This document shows positions 60,556 to 64,000 of a stretch of 64,000 nucleotides of DNA, one piece after another. How positions within the stretch are numbered: the first letter of the stretch is position 1; each line of letters starts with the position of its first letter. This DNA is from Amphiscolops sp. MND2022. Taxonomy: Eukaryota. Where the stretch lies: assembly GCA_964187785.1 (NCBI GenBank), contig OZ076409.1:56856001-56920000 (forward strand), in the 5' to 3' direction. Position numbers and translations under genes: made by a program. A model generated the notes under the pieces. That model saw nothing but the letters and a program-made list of their open reading frames with translations. It made no database searches and was not told where the DNA came from.

Positions 60556-62997
60556 TGTCACAGCCCGCTCCCGGTCTGGCTTGTTGTTGCTGACGACTGA
60601 AGATCGGGAGAGGACATGGAGGTAATCTGAGATTCCCAAAATCTTATTTTAACTGGTAACTCTAAAACTTCAACTTTAAAATAAACTGTGACTAAAAATG
60701 TAGAAATACGTCTACATTGCGCAAACCTTAAACGAAAATGAAAACAGAGAATGGAATGAGCCAAAATGAGTTCACGCATTTCCGGTAAGACGTATTCGCC
60801 ACGTCAAAATAGCAACATTCGCCACCTGAAAACTAAATTAAAACTAAATACATTCTAAAACAAAGAAATCATAGTCTAATCTAAATGAAAACGTAGTCAA
60901 AATCATCTCCCAAAGAACATCAATCAGATCTAAAATTAAAAAAACACTGAGACGGCACGCCGAAGAAACTAAGCCTTTTCTAAGAAAGGCAGCCTAATTA
61001 CTCTTTGAACAGCAATTAGTGTGGTTTAGGACGTCAATATTACGCTGAGCAAACAAAGCAGCGGAGAAAATAAGAATACATGTATATTTGTCGTCAGTAA
61101 AACGCAGACAAGTTTGGAGGTATACCAATTGACGTCACTGCCTCGTCTATGCGTACCGGAAAATCATTTCAATTATCCGCCCATACTAATAGCATTACTA
61201 GAAATCATTCCAATTTACCGCCACTGTGACGTCACAGCGCCGGCAGCTAAATAAGAAGCCATTCTCAAGATACTCGTCAGCATTGCGTCAAATTAGTCAA
61301 AATCTCTACTCTGCCAAGAAAACTCGTCAACATGACGTTGACAAGTTTATGAAGCTTAAAATCTGCCAAGAAAACTCGTCAACATGACGCTGACAAGTTT
61401 ATGAAATTGGATGATTTAGGTAAATTTGCCCTATTAAACTAAAAAATTACGCTAAAGTAACGTTAAGAACCTATCAAATTCAATTGTTTTAACCTGTCTA
61501 AGATAAGGAAATGGATATTTATCCAAATAAGATCAATATGGGAAGATATATGTTATGAATCAGTTTTAATTAAAAGTGAAGGAGTAACGATTTGCGTCAG
61601 TCTCACGACAATTAAAATATTGTTCACCCGAACCTAAGGCAGAGAATGTTTTCTAACTGGAATTTTTTCAGTACTCTACATGAATAAGAGTCACAGTTTA
61701 TTCTCTTGTTATTAAACAAGTAACCCTGGTTTTGCCACTTGAAGTTTTTTTATATACACTCCAACAGTGCCGTGGAGCCTGGATTTGCAACCTGTTAACT
61801 TATACTAGTGCTTTTTGTATAACGTTAACTATTATTTTTTATGAAAGCGATCATCAGTGTTGAAGCGCATTAATAGCGTAAACGGTAAATTTGATGTTTT
61901 GTTGCCATTGTTATCACTTTTGTAAAAACTTGTCGCACTTGTCGCGACATGTCAATATTGTTGATGATGAATATATTTGGTACTGTGATCTTAATTTTGT
62001 CTCTAACGAAAAGAAAGAGTCCAAATTCATAGAAATATCGTTCCTAGCGTCATTTAAATAATCATAATTTGGAAGTTAGTCATATGTTGCTCATGCTGAA
62101 ATTCAAAATCAGGTATTTTTGTTCACGTCAGCGTCATCTCAGCGTCAATTTCCCGCGAAAAAGCAGTAAAACAGGGAAGCATTTCCGGTTTGACAGACTG
62201 AAGTAATATCTACTTCCTGCTTGGGAGGAAGCGAAAGGACGCCGGGATGAAATGATATGATCATGTTTGATGACTAACACTAAATAAAGTTCAACGTGTC
62301 TTAAAATTTGACGAAATGTCGACGCAAATTTGGGATCTTCGTTATTTTTTCATCAGTAAAACAGGAAGTGACTAATTGTTCGAGGAAAATTAGGGAATAT
62401 AGTCGTGATCAAATGATGCTGGGAGGGTATAAATACAGTAAAATTCGATGATTAGGGGACTCAGTCTTTTCCAATTGTGAAAATCAGTTATTTCATAACT
62501 TGCTCAATTTTCCAATACTTAATCTCAACTCTGTTGAAAATACTCAGAAAGTAAATTGAATTGCCAGAAATCAATTTCTCTCTACATCGAAATGTCGACT
62601 ACCAGAAGCCAGAAAAGAAAGAACAATCAACAAGAAGTTGTTGAAAACGTAAGTGAAGGTTTTGTTTCGCCAGTCTTAGCGGAAAACTCTTGTTCTTTGA
62701 TTCAAGATGTAGTTGTCGCAGGTCCGTCAAAACCTAAATCTCCTAGGGTAGAGAACAGTGTCTTGGAGAGTTTGACAGTCTCTTTAAAAGAGGAGATCAC
62801 ATCTGAGATCAAAAGTCTTCTTATGGAATCCCAAAGAGAAATGTTGAAGCTCCTAAGATCTGAAACAGGAGAAAATGTAAGAAATAGCATAATAGACGAA
62901 ACGGAGAATAAAACGAGGAGCTTCCATACTCCGACGAAAACAGTACGAATCAACTCTACATCAAATCACGACTCTGACACGTATGTAAGTCGTAACA
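60556..62997 (+). repeat. Putative 5' LTR of element D (about 2.4 kb)
   Basis: TGTCAC...GTAACA; TATAAA at 62428 and TCAGT at 62461; 52-bp-period duplication at 61310-61405. The partner LTR is not in the window. Confidence 0.55.
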
Positions 62998-64000
62998 TGG
63001 TGACAGGAGTCCTGACCGACTCCACAAACCACCCGAAAAGACCCAAAATAAGGTCCCTGGGTCAACCTGCGGCCAAAGAACCTCCAGCGGCGGCCAGAAC
63101 ACTATTCGAAGCAGACAAAACTGACTCCACCACACTACATATGACGAGGGCCCTAACGGCATCACTCCCAACCTTCGATGTGAAATCTGACAAATTCGAA
63201 ATCTTCGAAGACCTGTTCTGTAATAACATAAAAATGTACCCACACCTCACGGAACCCCAAAAAATCAACTACTTCCACTCACTGCTAAGAGGAGACGCCC
63301 TACAGGCGTTCTGCAACATTGAAGACTCCAAGAAGGACTCGCTAGACGACATAATGACGATTTTTAAAAGACGATTTGGAGACTATTTATCAATGGCAAA
63401 AACCAGATGTGAGTGGGACTCACTCAAATTTGATCCCGCAACACAAAAACTACATGAATTCCTGGACGTACTCCAAAAAACGGCGAAAGATGCTTTCGGC
63501 TCGGAAGCCCAACAGTTTATCGACAGAGCAATCTACGCGAAAATGCCAGATCATGTAAAGAAAATCCTCAACAGAGAGTATCTTGAGGACAAACCATACA
63601 ATGATACAGTACTCCATTTGGAGCGGGATATGCAACTCAACGGCCTTGGAGCACCAGATGAAGTAACTCTGGTACCACTAAATGAAATATAACCGGCTCA
63701 AACAAAACCAGAGACAAAACAAATCGAGAACACGACGCAGAACACCAAAAAAGGATACTGCTTCTATTGTAACAAATTCGGACACTACAAGGCCGAATGC
63801 AGAAAACTGAAACGCGACAACTGGCAGCAAACCCGGAAAAATAATGGACAAACCAATTACAGCGCTGGCAAACCGCCCAAATGTGACACTTGCGGCAAAC
63901 CCCACAAGACGGAAGATTGTTGGAATGGAGCTAACTCTGCCAACGACCCACGACCCAAACGTCATAACACACAAGAACGAAAGCCGGACTCCTCCGCCCA
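62592..64000 (+). pseudogene. gag: Gag of element D, premature TAA at 63690-63692
   Basis: MSTTRSQKRK start; FDVKSDKFEIFEDLF; reading through the stop in frame gives CFYCNKFGHYKAEC and CDTCGKPHKTEDC knuckles. Confidence 0.9.
62998..63010 (+). promoter_or_regulatory. PBS of element D, tRNA-Leu-like
   Basis: TGGTGACAGGAGT; same first 12 nt as the PBS of C. Confidence 0.65.

Larger units (their letters stand above)
60556..64000 (+). mobile_element. Ty3/Gypsy-like element D (5' LTR and gag, continues past the window); relative of C
   Basis: LTR end GTAACA at 62997 followed by TGGTGACAGGAG, identical to the PBS of C; gag similar to gag of C. The left end (TGTCAC at 60556) is inferred only from terminal complementarity and a change in composition. 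Confidence 0.8.

Overview
AT-rich, repeat-dense eukaryotic (probably metazoan) DNA with no prokaryotic genes, RNA genes or CRISPR arrays; most short ORFs in the track are noise. Four LTR retrotransposons dominate the window. (A) 1-6109: gag plus an acidic non-pol ORF2 behind a TTTAAAC slippery site. (B) 8740-17077: no gag or pol, an AT-hook ORF and an apparent 3-bp TSD, with a related solo LTR at 26481-27446. (C) 38969-55375, minus strand: Ty3/Gypsy with 1495-bp LTRs and an ATAAT TSD. (D) about 60556 to the window end: a relative of C. Element C is the most unusual. Between pol and the 3' LTR it carries an antisense, intron-containing gene of about 1,200 aa (zinc finger, hAT-transposase-like motifs) and a divergent sense ORF that runs into the 3' LTR. 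Its gag starts inside the LTR, as does that of D. Also present: Helentron-associated (HINE/DINE-like) repeats, an 80-bp TA-TSD MITE, a 138-bp loopless palindrome, LINE and Gypsy relics, and three phase-compatible candidate host exons on the minus strand. All alignments, identities and family assignments were made by eye; no searches were run.
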